The notes under the pieces are model-generated. The model searched no databases. It saw only the letters and a program-made list of their open reading frames with translations, and had not been told where the DNA came from. A stretch of DNA of 62,984 nucleotides, filler included, from Reclinomonas americana ATCC 50394 (lineage: Eukaryota), in assembly GCA_048213135.1 (NCBI GenBank). It is 3 parts of one record of this genome, joined end to end, with 100 filler letters (N's around TTAATTAATTAA, not from the genome) between each part and the next. Parts side by side here need not be neighbours in the genome. Positions count along the whole stretch, not along the records: positions 1 to 26,924 come from PS015031.1; 2 more parts are not named here. The stretch is one strand, 5' to 3'. Both the position numbers and the translations under genes were made by a program. Of the stretch, positions 1 through 13,818 are shown piece after piece (position 1 is the first letter of the stretch; each line of letters starts with the position of its first letter).

Positions 1-229
1 TCTCTCTCTCTCTCTCCTCCTCTCTCTCTCTCTCTCCTTTCCTAACTTAGTCGTCCACTTCTACCTACCTCCTCGTTCTACGCTCCTCCTCTCTCCCTCC
101 CTTCTCCTTCCTCTCTTCCTCTTCCCTCCTGCCCTCACACTTTCCCTCCAGTCCTCTCTCTCTCTCTCTCTCTGTCTCTCTTCCTTTCCCTGCTTCTCCC
201 TTTCCCCTCTCCCTTCCCCTCAGTCTCAC

Positions 230-3200
230 CAATGGCGAATGCCGACACCGCCAGATATGCGTTGGCTGGCGCCCATCGTGTGCACAACTCGTATGCGCCA
301 ACAGCTGCACCCGCCGCTCCAATCGTCAACGTGATGCTAGTCGCACTGCCGAATGCGCTGCTGATGCTGGCGCTGGCCACGGCCGTCGGCGGTGTTGTCG
401 CGCCACAAAGGGGAGTGCCTAGCACATACGCCGACGCATCGGCCGAGTTGTTCACCAGCGCGGTTCCTGTCAGTGTTATCAACTGACCAGCCAGTGCCGA
501 CACGAATGTGGCCGATAGCGATGTCACAGTGGGTGCTGCATTGAGGCAAAGGCAATCAGCATCATCGCGTAACACAACAACAACACATTATCGAAATAGC
601 ACGCAACCTGCAATGTTCAGCGTCTGATCAAACGACATGGCAGGATTACCATTGTCGGTCGTGCGCACAATCACCACCAGCGACGCCGTCACACCGGCAT
701 TCACAAACTGCAGCTGGTTGCCAGACACAATCGTCACCAACGCGCTGCTGGCACCACCGACCACCGAATACGTGAACGATTGCTGTGAGTCCATATCACT
801 CGTGCTCATCGTGCCAATCGCCAGTCCCGCCGTGCTGGGTGGAATGTACGAGCCTGCACTCAGCGTCACCGCCGTTGGTGCATTGTTCACTGCGGGAAGA
901 CAAGGTCAGCATCCACACCAAGAAAATCACACTCCCAATCAACCATCCACTCACCCGAGGTCACACTGAATGTCTTGTCGACAAACATGGGGGGCGTGCC
1001 GTTGTCAAACGAGCGAACCGAGACAGCCAGTGGGCTGCCCGATTGTCCCGCCGACGTGATCTGCAACTGCGCGCCGCTCAGGGAGAACACGTTGCTGTTC
1101 GCTCCTCCAGTGATGACGTACGTGTACGACTGGCTCCCATCACTGTACGTCGTGCTCATCGTGCACACGGACATATTGGCCGTCGACGGTGCGACATAGG
1201 TGGCAGAGCACGCAATGTCGGTGGGCACCGCGTTGGAGGTGGTGAAGGACAGGGTAGAGCCGGTGAGAGTGCTGGGTACAGTGGAGGTGGCGCTGGCACG
1301 GAAGTAGTACGTCCAGTTGACGGCGAGTGATGTGAGTGACGCAGTAAGGGCGGTGCTGGAGGCGACGCCGGAGGTGGTAGGGGTGGCCGCGATGATGGTG
1401 GAGCCGATCGCGAGTCGGCGGATAGTGTTGTTGGTGTAATCTACGTGAAGAAATGATAAGGAGGGAGAAGCACAGAGATGGAGTAGTCTACAGCACAAGG
1501 GCTCACCAGAAATGTACAGAATTGATGACGTGGCATCATACGCCACGTATATCTGCGCTCGCCAATGAGACAACAAATTTTCAGCTGTCTCTTCATCGCA
1601 AACGTGACAGGACGAACCGGCGAATTGAACAGAGCAGCTGTGAGTGGGCTCCCGTCCGCTGTTCCAGTAACTCCTGCGGTACCGGCAATGGTAGTCACGG
1701 CGCCAGTGCTGATGACGACTTGGCGAATCGTTTGATTACCATACTTTGAGGATCACGAGTGATGAGATACCGCAAACAGCAACGAATTTAGGGCAGCACG
1801 CAACATCTGCAACGTAAAGAACGCCCCGGCCGCGATCAAGCTGGATACCAACGGGTATGAAGAAACGAGCCGCAGTGCCTATGGCATCTGCTGTCCCTGA
1901 AGTCCCGGCAACAGAGCCGGCCAGAGTTGACGCAGTCATCGCCAGCATGTCGATCACTCGAATAGTGTAGCGGTCACGATCAGCTGCTCGCCACCATACT
2001 TTGAGTGCCATTCCTTGCACAAAAAACTCAATCTCTCTCTCTCACACACACGCACTCACCGACATACAGCCGATTAGCAGATGTGTCCAACGCCACACCA
2101 GCAGGTCCACCAAATCTTGCTGTTGTTGCACACGCTCCGTCAACGGTGCTCGACGACCCAATCGTACCGCAGTAGGTGGTGACCTCGCCGCCGAATGTGA
2201 CCTGGGAGACGGGATGTGACCATGGCGCGCACCATCAGAGCAGTCGCAGATGCCTGCACGAACCTTCCTCACAGCCCTGTTCAACCAGTCGCCAACGTAC
2301 ATCACCTTGTTCGACGAATCAACCACAACACCGTGCGGTTGGTAAAACCTCGCATTCAATCCGGTGCCATCCACCGTGCCCAACGATCCGTTGCCAGCCA
2401 GAGTCGACAAAGTCCCGGAAGGAGTACTCACCCGAACGGCGTGGTTCATTTGCTGGCAAGTACGGAAATGAGCGACAGACGCTCGCGCTCTCTTATCACT
2501 ATGCAACCAACGCAACATCAGTAATGTACAAGTACCCCGTCGTTGGGTCGATGAACACATGGGCGGGTGAGTTTAGCCGTGCAGCAGTGCCGACTCCGTC
2601 AACCAAGGCCGCTGCTCCAGCAGTTCCCAGAAACGTCGACGTCACACCTGCACTCGTCACCCGTCGAATAGTGCTATTCCACTGGTCACACACGAACGCA
2701 GTGCCCGACGCGTCAATTGCCATGCCCTGCGATCCGCGTAAGCGAGACTGGACGTGCAGTCCGTTCGTGATGCATGCGAAGAGTGAATCACCGTCGGTCT
2801 GTAAAAACGAGCGGCACTGCCGGTGCCGTTCGTCGAGCCAGACATACCCCCGGTGCCCAACCACGTCGACACCGTTGGCGTCACACCGAATGCAGCCGAT
2901 GTTGGCGCCCACTCGAACGAGTTGCTCATTGTCGAGGCCGCCACAGAGTTGCCCACCACCGCATTCAATGTCGCCGACGAACTGGCCACACTGCTGGCCG
3001 CCAGTGTGGCCAGCGACTGGGTGGCTGTGGCATATCAACAAGAAAGGAGGCACCGTGAATAATCAGCACGAGAGGAGGGTGAAGGAAGAGAGAGAGACTG
3101 ACCTGTGGTGATGGTAAACGCCTTGTCGAAAAATAGCGGCGGCGTTCCATTGTCTGTTGACCGAATAGTCACCGCCAGCGAGCTGCCTGCCTGCCCTGCG

Positions 3201-5390
3201 GCCACAATCACCAGCGACTGCCCGTTGATTGAAAACACCCCGCTGTTGGCGCCACCGACAATCGAGTACGTGAACGACTGGCCAGCATTTGCGTCGGTGG
3301 TCTGCAACGCACACACGACCTGATTCGCCACCGATGGCGACACATACGTCGTCGACGAGCAGCTAATGTCGGTCGGAGCCACATTGGTGGCGGCGGTGCT
3401 GAAAGACACGGTGGCGCCATTGACGGTGCTGGGTGTGGAGGTGACGCCGACGGCACGATAGTAGTACGTCCAGTTGCTCGCCAATCCAGTCAATGAGGCG
3501 GTGATGGAAGCGGCCAGAGAGCCAGTGTAGGTGGCGGGTGTGGCCGACACCGTCTGCGATGCCAGAGAGAGGCGACGGATGGTCTGACTGCCGGAGTCCG
3601 TAACCAGCATCGATGCTGTTGAGGCATCGAAGGCGAGATAACGAGGTGTCGTAAAGCGTGCCACAGTCAGTGCGCTGCCATCGACTGAGCCACTCACGCC
3701 CGCCGCGCCGCCAATGGTGCTCACTGACGAGTCCGATACTCGGAGTTGCCGCAGTGTGCTGTTGGCAGACTGCGCGGATAGCACGCAGTCAGGTCAAGAA
3801 GCGAGGTGCTCAGAGAGTGTGCGGTGACAGGGGTGATACTCAACATCGGCAACATAGATGACGTTGTTTCTCGAATCGTATGCCATTGCCACAGGTGTGT
3901 TGAAGCGAGCAGCCGTTCCTGGTGTGCATCGATCAGCATGAATGCAAACGATCGGGCAGAGATGCACACGATGAACTCACCAACGGCATCCGTGGATCCA
4001 GACGTGCCGCTCGTTGAACCCGCCACCGTCGTCACCGTCATCGCCACCGTGTCAATCGCTCGGATGGAGTTGTTCACGCGATCGGCTGCACATGCACAAG
4101 CAGGATGGAAGGATGAGAATGGGAGGAAGGCATCATCTCTTCCTCACAGCGCTCACCAACATACAGCGTGCTTCCGACGAGCAGCACGCCATTGGGACCA
4201 CCGAATCGCGCCGCTCCCGCACACGCACCATCGGCGGTGCCACTCGCGCCCGCGGAGCCACAAAAGGTCGTCACCGCACCGGCATAGGTCACTCGCCGAA
4301 TCGTTTTGTTGACATAGTCTCCCACATACACCACTTGGTTCGTGGCATCCACCGCCACTCCCGCAGGCTGATTGAAGGACGCTGCTGCGCCAGAAGCATC
4401 GGCACTCCCCGATGCCCCATTGCCCGCCAGTGTGGTGACCACAGCCACTGCAGTGACCGCACGCACAGCGTGGTTTGTCAGCTGTATGAGACAACACACA
4501 AAGTCAGAAGAGCGTCATGCTGTGATCATGCATGCCAGCACACACTCACATCGGCGACATACATCGTTCCCGTGGTTTGGTCAACGGCGAGGCCATGAAC
4601 ACTGCGAGAGAGTGAGTGAGTGAGCGAAGGGGAAGAGAGAGACAAAGAGAGAGAGAGAGAGGAGGGAGCACATGAACGCACTTTCCAAACTGTGCTGTGA
4701 CTCCGGTGCCATCCACCAGGCCACATGTGGTGCCAGCAAAGGTGGCCACGGTGGCTGCAGGCGTGACGCGTCGAATGCGACAGTTGCTGCCACCGCGCGT
4801 GAGTGAGAGGCTGTGTGACAACGAAGCAACAATCGACAGACAACGAAACTTGTAATCGCTCGCGTATAGGTTGCCTGTGGCGTCGAAGGCCAGTCCCTGT
4901 TGAGAGAGCACACTCGCACTGTGACTTAGAATGTCGCAACAAGGACACCTCTCGTGCACAAACCATTGGTGCGTTGAACAATGCACTCGCGCCAACACCG
5001 TCTGTCGTTCCTGAAGTGCCGGCGGTGCCCGCAAAGGTGGAAACAGTGGCAGTGGGGACACCGAGAGCAGCAGCGTAGAGTGACCACTCGAACGAGTTGG
5101 TGGTGCCGCCTGCGACATTGTTGGGATTGATCCACGCATTGAGAGTGGCGGACGAGCCTGTGATGTTGGTGGCGACGGCGGTCGTCACTGTTTGGGCGTC
5201 TGTGGCGCGCATTGAAAGAAGAGAAAGGTGCGTGTATGTAGGAGACGCGAACGAGAAACGCAGTGGGGAAAGGTTAAGTGCATAGCGCGCACACACACAC
5301 ATATTATATTCATCACACACAACTTGCGGTGATGGCGAGTGAGTGGACGAGCAAGTGGACGAAGAGCGCGATGCTGAAGAGCGCGCGCAT
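230..5390 (-). CDS. Secreted/surface NHL-repeat + FN3 + cadherin-like protein, copy A (multi-exon; 3' end probably runs off the left edge)
   Basis: ATG at 5390 gives signal peptide MRALFSIALFVHLLVHSLAITASYA-Q. About 19 short GT-AG introns. Two 6-blade sets of NHL repeats (e.g. STFAGTAGTSGTTDGVGASALFNAP..LYxxD..N..IRR), FN3-like segments (SATLNAWINPN..FEW / LTGLASNWTYYYRA) and cadherin-like units (NxAPTD..FTYSIVGG..VRxxDNGxP). Confidence 0.8.
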
Positions 5391-5507
5391 CACGCTGAAG
5401 CGCGAGAGCGACCGAGAACAGTCAAGTCGCTCGCTCTTGGCCATCAAAAGGAGTGGAATTCGAAACAGGTGAAACGCAGATTTTGGCGCCAAATTACACC
5501 AATTTTC

Positions 5508-6245
5508 TCAAATCTTTAGCCCCGACGTGCAGTCCCCGCTCGTCGCACACGCTGTCCCAGTCGAAGTGCCCACCACACCACTCTTTGGCACACACTGCTT
5601 GGTCGACGTCGTGTATGTCCACGAGCCGCATGCGGTCAACTGCGAGCACCAAAGCGAGCAGGCTTGTGGTCCGGTTGTTGTCTTGATGGCCCACGTGAGG
5701 TCGCCACCAGGTCGGTCTGCATGCAAGCATCCAACACATCAGTCACGATCCTCTCTTCTCTTTTTCTGAAAAGACTCACCCGTGCTGGTCTGGAAGCCGC
5801 TGCTGTCATACGCCGCCGCACTCGTCTTGCGTCCCGACACCAAGCAGAAATGCGAGCCACACACGTTGCTGGTCTCTGCATTGGCTGCCGCCGCCGGCAC
5901 GGTGCTCTGCACGCAGCGAGATGATGAGCATGCAATTTCCACACAATCCCTTATTCACCTCCAACCACTTGCCTTCATGGTACACAAATTCACCCCAGAC
6001 GTGTTCGACGCCGCGGAGGCATCCAGGAATGTCCACGATCGACACTGGGAGTTCCGATCGCACGCTTCACAGCAACCTATTTCGCTGGGAGTGGAACCCA
6101 CCACACCAATAACCGTACCGCCGGGTCGATCCACTGCCTCGAACAGGCACACTTCCAACGCCGCTGCTCCACATGCCGAAGAGTGAGACGGCCAACGACG
6201 GGACACGCCGGTGATGACAAACAACGCAACGAGCGATAACCCCAT
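5508..6245 (-). CDS. Small secreted protein with two PAN/apple-like domains
   Basis: Hydrophobic N-terminus MGLSLVALFVIT. Two repeats DRPGG..CC/CS..C....C.SWT(F/Y)....C..KS....C.SG. Introns 5972-5907 (GC-AG) and about 5780-5718. Confidence 0.7.
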
Positions 6246-6297
6246 TCTGTGCTGCTGAACAACCAACGCCCCAAGCTGCACAACCATCCAGTCACCT

Positions 6298-8547
6298 TCA
6301 GCACCAGCCACATTCTCTGCGTGCGCAACCTCGCAGAAGGAAGAGAGGGCGATGCCATTCACACAAATCTGCTACTCCCACCCTCCTTCTACTCCCATTA
6401 CCCTCCTTTCCCACCCACGCACCATAGACAATCATGAACTGCTTGGTGTACGTCAGCGTGCCATCGCTCACTTGCACAAACACTTGCAGTCGCCGACTCA
6501 GCGGCGGAGCCACCGAGATCGTAAGCTGATTGCCGCCCACGATGGTGAACAGAGCCGCGTGCACACCGCCCGCAATGCTGAAAGTCGGCGACTGTCCCGT
6601 GTTGAGGTCCACCATGCTCAGTGTGCCCACTGTGAATGGCACCGTGGCACTCGAGTACGTCTGCGCACCCGACAGCAGAATGTCACTCGGACCAACAGTC
6701 CCTGCACACACACCTCGTTCAGCTGACTCACAAAGAAGCAGACTACTTCACTGCATCAACATCTCACCAACGGCGAATGCAGACACCGCCACATATCCCT
6801 TTGCTGGTGTCCATCGTGTGCACAGCTCGTACGTGCCAACAGCAGCACCCGCCGCCCCAATCGTCAGCGTGATGCTGGTCGCACTGCCGAATGCACTGCT
6901 GATGGTGGTGCTGGCCACGGCCGTCGGCGGTGTTGTCGCGCCACAAAGAGGAGTGGCCACCACATACGCCGACGCGTCGGCCGAGTTGTTCACCAGCGCG
7001 GTTCCCGTCAGCGTCACCAGCTGGCCAGCCAGTGCCGACACAAAGGTGGCCGACAGTGATGTCACAGTGGGTGCTGCATGCAAAATGGGAAGGCAATCAG
7101 CATCAACGTGCAATACAACCTCATGTACAATCAGAATAAACACACACCAGCAACGTTAAACGTCTGATCGAACGACATGGCAGGATTACCATTGTCGGTC
7201 GTGCGCACAATCACCACCAACGATGCCGTCACACCCGCACTCGCAAACTGTAGCTGGTTGCCAGACACAATCGTCACCAATGCGCTGCTGGCACCACCCA
7301 CCACCGAATACGTAAACGACTGCTGCGAGTCCACATCACTCGTGCTCATCGTGCCGATCGCCTGTCCCGCCGTGCTGGGCGGGATATACGAGCTTGCGCT
7401 CAGCGTCACCGCCGTCGGTGCATTGTTCACTGCGGGACGACAAGATCAGCTTCCACACCAAGGTAAACGACACTCCCGATCAATCGTCCACTCACCCGAC
7501 GTCACACTGAACGACTTGTCGAAGAACATCGGAGGTGTGCCATTGTCGAACGAGCGGACTGTGACGACCAGTGGACTCGCCGACTGTCCCGCCGAGGTAA
7601 TCTGCAGCTGTGCGCCAGCGCTCACCGAAAACGCACTGCCGTTCGCTCCTCCACTGACCGCGTAGGTAAACGACTGCCCCACGTTATCGTCGCTGGTGCT
7701 CATCGTACACAGTGGCACGCTGGCCGTCGACGGCGCGACATAGGTGGTCGTTCCGGTACACGCAGCATTGGTCGGCGCCGAATTTGAGGTGGTGAATGAC
7801 ACGGTGGAGCCGGTGAGCGTGGTGGGCACGGTGGATGTGGCGAGGGCACGGAAGTAGTATGTCCAGTTGACGGCAAGTGATGTCAGCGACGCAGTAAGGG
7901 CGGTGCTGGAGGCGACGCCGGAGGTGGTCGGGGTGGCCGCGATGATAGTGGAGCCGATTGGGAGTCGGCGAATGGTGTTAGAGTCCCGATCTGAGGATAC
8001 AAAAGTTGAGAACCTAAACACTGATCCATCACTTGCATGATCTCGTACCTGCAATATACAGTGTGGATGCCGTCGCATCGTACGCCATGAGATGCTGCAC
8101 TCACCAATGAGATAACAAATTGCCAGCTGTCTCTTCTTCTCAAGTGACAACCAACCGGAAAATTGAATCGAGCGGTTGTAATCGGGCTCCCGTCCGCTGC
8201 TCCGCCCACTCCCGCAGCACCGGCGATAGTTGACACAGCACCAGTGCTGATGACGATTTGGCGAATCGTTTGGTTGTTACTCTTCAAAGACGATATCAGA
8301 AAACTCAAGAAAACACGTGCAAGCCGAATTCGCGACGAAACATCTGAAACGTAGAGTACGCCACGGCCTCGATCCAACTGGATGCCAAGAGGATTATTGA
8401 ATTGAGCAACAAGGCCTGTCCCATCTGCTGTCCCTGAATTCCCGGAAATCGAGCCGGCCAGAGTTGACACAGTCATCGCCAGCATGTCGATCACACGAAT
8501 GTTGTGGCGATACCGATCAGCTGGTCATCGCCAGGGTTTGAGTGTAA

Positions 8548-8584
<37 letters not shown>

Positions 8585-11500
8585 NNNNNNNNNNNNNNNN
8601 NNNNAAGTCCCGTTGCCAGCCAGAGTCGACACCGATCCGGAAGCGGTGCTGACGCGGATTGCATGATTTGATTGCTGGAAAGTGGCTAGTGAGAAGATTA
8701 CACTCGAAAGCACACCAATCGCACCACTACCGCGCAACATCAGCGATGTACAAGTACCCGGTGTTCAAATCAATCGACAAGTCAGTGGGCCAGTTTAAAC
8801 GAGCTGCAGTGCCGATTCCGTCGACCATGCCTGATGTACCAACAGTTCCCACAAACGTCGACGTCACGCCGCCACTCGTCACTCGCCGAATCGTGTGATT
8901 GTTTTGGTCGCAAACGAATGCGGTGCCCGAAGCATCAAACGCAATGCACTGCACAGTTAAAAGGAACTCTTAGAAACGGTGCTGCGACAATGAAAATGCA
9001 CTTGGTGCGATATACGAACCGTGGCGAGATTTAAACGAGCAGCAGTCCCTGTGCCTTCTGTCGAACCATTCATGCCCGCCGTGCCCAACCACGTCGACAC
9101 CGTTGGCGTCACACCGAAAGCAGCCGATGTTGGCGCCCACTCGAACGAGTTACTCATGGTCGAGGCCGCCACAGAGTTACCCACAACGGCATTCAATGTC
9201 GCCGACGAGATGGCCACACTGCTGGCCGCCAGTGTGGCCAGCGACTGGGTGGCTGTGATGTATCAACAAGAAAGGAAGCACCGTGAATAATCAGCACACC
9301 AGCAGGGGAAAGAAGAGAGAGAGACTGACCTGTCGTGATGGTGAACGCCTTGTCGATAAACAACGGTGGCGTTCCATTGTCCGTCGACCGGATCGTCACC
9401 GACAGCGGGCTGCCCGCTTGCCCCGCCGCTACAATCACCAGAGACTGTCCGCTGATCGAAAACACCGCGCTGTTGGTGCCACCGACAATCGAGTACGTGA
9501 ACGACTGGCCTGCATTCGTGTCCGTCGTCTGGAGCGCACACACGACTTGATTCGCCACCGACGGCGACACATACGTCGTCGACGAGCAGCTAATGTCGGT
9601 CGGCGCCACATTGGCGGTGGTGGTGAAGGACACGGTGTCGCCGTTGATAGTGCTGGGTGTGGAGGTGACACCGACGGCGCGATAGTAGTACGTCCAGTTG
9701 CTTGCCAAGCCAGTGAGTGAGGCGGTGATGGACGAGGCCAGGGAGCCAGTGGCAGTGGCGGGTGTGGCCGACACCGACTGCGACGCCAGCGAGAGGCGGC
9801 GGATGGAGTGATTGGTAAAATCGGCAACCAGCAACGATGCCGTCGATGTATCAAAGGCGACGAAATGCGGTGCTGCAAAGCGTGCTACGATCAGCGCACT
9901 GCCGTTGGCTGAACCGCTCACACCAGCGGCGCCGCCAACGGTGCTCACTGACGAGTCTGACAGTCGGAGTTGCCGCACGGTGTTGTTGGCTGACTGCGCG
10001 GGGGGATTGGGCAGTCAGAATCAGAAGTGAAACAGTCAGAGTGCGTGCGGTGAGTGGGAAGATACTCAACATCGGCAACATAGATGACGTTGTTTCCAGA
10101 ATCGTATGCCAGTCCCACGGGCGCGTTGAAGCGGGCAGCCGTTCCTGGTGTGCATCGATCAGCACAAAGATAGACGAGTTGCCTATCACGATGAACTCAC
10201 CGGTGACATCCGTGGATCCAGCGGCGCCACTCGTTGACCCCGCCACTGTCGTCACCGTCATCGCCACCGTGTCGATGGCGCGGATGGAGTTGTTATTACG
10301 ATCGACTGCACTCAAGCACAACAGAATGCGCAGATGAGAATGCTTCTCGGTGCGGATCTCTTTCGCACACAGCGCTACTCACCGACATACAACTTGGATC
10401 CGACGAGAAGCACGCCATTGGGACCACCGAATCGCGCCGCTCCCGCACACGCGCCATCGGCTGTGCCACTCATGCCAGCCGAACCACAAAAGGTCGTCAC
10501 CGCACCAGCATAGGTCACTCGCCGAATGGTGTAGTTGGTCCAGTCGCCCACATACACCACTTGATTCGTGACATCCAACGCCACGCCCACAGGTTGACTG
10601 AATGAGGCGGCTGCACCCGTGCCATTGGCACTCCCCGACGCTCCGTTACCCGCCAGCGTGGTGACCACGGCCGCTGCGGTGACCGCACGTATGGCATTAT
10701 TACCCAACTGTGAGAGAGACACACACGTGTCAGAGTCACCAGAATGCACCACCCAGCGATAATGCATGCCAACACACACTCACATCGGCGACATAGATGA
10801 TTCCCGTGGTTTGGTCGATGGCGAGGNNNNNNNNNNNNNNNNNNNNNNNNNNNNNNNNNNNNNNNNNNNNNNNNNNNNNNNNNNNNNNNNNNNNNNNNNN
10901 NNNNNNNNNNNNNNNNNNNNNNNNNNNNNNNNNNNNNNNNNNNNNNNNNNNNNNNNNNNNNNNNNNNNNNNNNNNNNNNNNNNNNNNNNNNNNNNNNNNN
11001 NNNNNNNNNNNNNNNNNNNNNNNNNNNNNNNNNNNNNNNNNNNNNNNNNNNNNNNNNNNNNNNNNNNNNNNNNNNNNNNNNNNNNNNNNNNNNNNNNNNN
11101 NNNNNNNNNNNNNNNNNNNNNNNNNNNNNNNNNNNNNNNNNNNNNNNNNNNNNNNNNNNNNNNNNNNNNNNNNNNNNNNNNNNNNNNNNNNNNNNNNNNN
11201 NNNNNNNNNNNNNNNNNNNNNNNNNNNNNNNNNNNNNNNNNNNNNNNNNNNNNNNNNNNNNNNNNNNNNNNNNNNNNNNNNNNNNNNNNNNNNNNNNNNN
11301 NNNNNNNNNNNNNNNNNNNNNNNNNNNNNNNNNNNNNNNNNNNNNNNNNNNNNNNNNNNNNNNNNNNNNNNNNNNNNNNNNNNNNNNNNNNNNNNNNNNN
11401 NNNNNNNNNNNNNNNNNNNNNNNNNNNNNNNNNNNNNNNNNNNNNNNNNNNNNNNNNNNNNNNNNNNNNNNNNNNNNNNNNNNNNNNNNNNNNNNNNNNN

Positions 11501-12140
11501 NNNNNNNNNNNNNNNNNNNNNNNNNNNNNNNNNNNNNNNNNNNNNNNNNNNNNNNNNNNNNNNNNNNNNNNNNNNNNNNNNNNNNNNNNNNNNNNNNNNN
11601 NNNNNNNNNNNNNNNNNNNNNNNNNNNNNNNNNNNNNNNNNNNNNNNNNNNNNNNNNNNNNNNNNNNNNNNNNTCGACGAAGACAACAGAGTTGTCACAC
11701 ACCCGTATTCGCCCACGTACAGATTGCCCGTGGCGTCAAAGGTCACTCCCTGTGGAGAGAGCACACACATTCCTGTGTCAGCGAGAGGTGTGCGGCAAGG
11801 ACATCATTGCAGCACACACCAGTGGCATATTCAACAGCGCACTCGCTCCCACGCCATCCGTCGTTCCCGAGGTGCCCGCCGTGCCCACAAAGGTGGATAC
11901 TGTGGCGGACGAGACACCTAAGGCGGCAGCATAGGGGGACCACTCGAAGGAGTTGATGGTGCCTCCAGCGACATTGTTGGGGTTGACCCACGCATTGAGA
12001 GTGGCGGACGAGGCTGTGATGTTGTTGGCGACTGCGGTGGTCACCGTCTGGGCGTCTACAGTGTGGCGCAGAGAGTAGAGTCAGAGTGGGTGGGAGTCGA
12101 ACGAGACACGCAGCGGGGTTTAGGTTAAGTGTATAACGCA

Positions 12141-12185
<45 letters not shown>

Positions 12186-12270
12186 AAGGCGCGCACACAC
12201 AACTTGCGGTGATGGCGAGTGAGTGGACGAGCAAGAGAATGAGGAGCGTGACGCTTGAGTGCGCGCGCAT
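6298..12270 (-). CDS. NHL/FN3/cadherin-like protein, copy B (tandem paralog of copy A; two gaps; last exon uncertain)
   Basis: ATG at 12270, signal peptide MRAHSSVTLLILLLVHSLAITA. Exon-by-exon colinear with 230-5390. An extra cadherin-like exon lies at about 6425-6700. Confidence 0.8.
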
Positions 12271-12737
12271 CCCTTGCGTGAGAGAGTACACGTGACGAGA
12301 CATGTATCGCCTGCGTTGTGAAACGGAAACAGTTGAAACGGCAAATTTGGCGGCAAAATCGGTTGTTTTCTGTCTGTATGTATGCGGCAGCCGTCGACAC
12401 GCACGCAATGTGTGTACAGAAAAACGCACTGCAGTATGCAGTAGGTCACGAATTCGCTGTCTTTGCCGATCGCGAAAGAGCACTGAGCTCAGGGACGACG
12501 TCGACGTCGCGACATCGACGTCGGCAAAATGCACGAGTGAGAGCTTGGCTTTGAATGATTGTTGCGCCAGTCTTTATGTGCCTGTCACTGCAACTGTACG
12601 CTCGACAATCTCGCGCGCACGCACATGCATGACCAATGCGTTTTTCATTATGTCCTCTCTTCTTGTCTCCTCTCTGTGAATGTGTGCTGCGTGCGGTGCA
12701 CACAATGAGCAGTGACAGTGAGGGTGTCGGCGGAGGC

Positions 12738-12813
12738 ATGGTCCTCTCAGGTAAGGGCAATGAGAGGGGGAAGTGGAAGTGAGTGCAGGAAGAGTGGGAG
12801 AGAGAGAGAGAAG

Positions 12814-12844
<31 letters not shown>

Positions 12845-13711
12845 GCAGGTTGCCTCACTCCTTACTCTATATCTCCCTCTCTCATACATTTTTGTTTGAC
12901 TGATCATGTTCAGTCACGGCATTCTCTCATTGACTGCTTGTCAGTCAGTCTCTCTCTCTCTCTCACTCTCATTCTCTTTCTCACACACCGTTCTCTCATA
13001 CTTGCTTTGCTCCCTACCTATTCCCATACTCATTCCTTCCGCTTGCCTTGCTTTCCGATTTCCGCACTCAATCTTCTTCTTCCGTCTCTCACTCTCTCAC
13101 ACCCCTCTATCTTTCTCTCTCTCTCATACACAGGGACGGCCTGCAACTCACTATTCTACGCGCTAATTGGGATCTACGGTGCCGTGGCGCTGTTTGGGCT
13201 GGCCAAGCTCTCCTATCTCATGTGGGACTTGTGTACGCGCTGGAGAACCGCAAAGAATCGGCGACGTGGAAGCCTTATGGTGACTGCGGAGCTTCCTTCG
13301 TCATCGGTGGTCACCGACAACACCGTGTCGTCGTCGTCTGCCACGCATAATAGGCGCTCGGAGGGCAGTCGGCAGGGAGCGAGAGGGAGCGCAGCTGGAG
13401 GAGGGTATTGGGGGTCGCCGGCTTCGTCGGGCAAGTACAAGCGGCGATTGTGTTCTGTGAATGTGATGCTGACGACGCTGTTGTTGGGCATCATTATTGC
13501 CATGGGTGTGGGTGAGTGGCGGGGAGGGAGAGGGAGGAGGAGGAGGAGGAGGAGGAGGAGGAGGAGGAGGAGGAGGAGGAGGAGGAGGAGGGAGAGAGAG
13601 GAGAGAGTAGAGAGAAGGAAAAGAGAGATACGACGACACACACACACACACGCACACACACACANNNNNNNNNNNNNNNNNNNNNNNNNNNNNNNNNNNN
13701 NNNCGTCTCCG

Positions 13712-13755
<44 letters not shown>

Positions 13756-13778
13756 CGTCTCTCTCTCGTCTCTCTCTC

Positions 13779-13818
<40 letters not shown>

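Noticed and set aside
8525-8610. Apparent deletion of two NHL blades in copy B
   Set aside because: It coincides with a 20-N gap, so sequence is missing rather than deleted.
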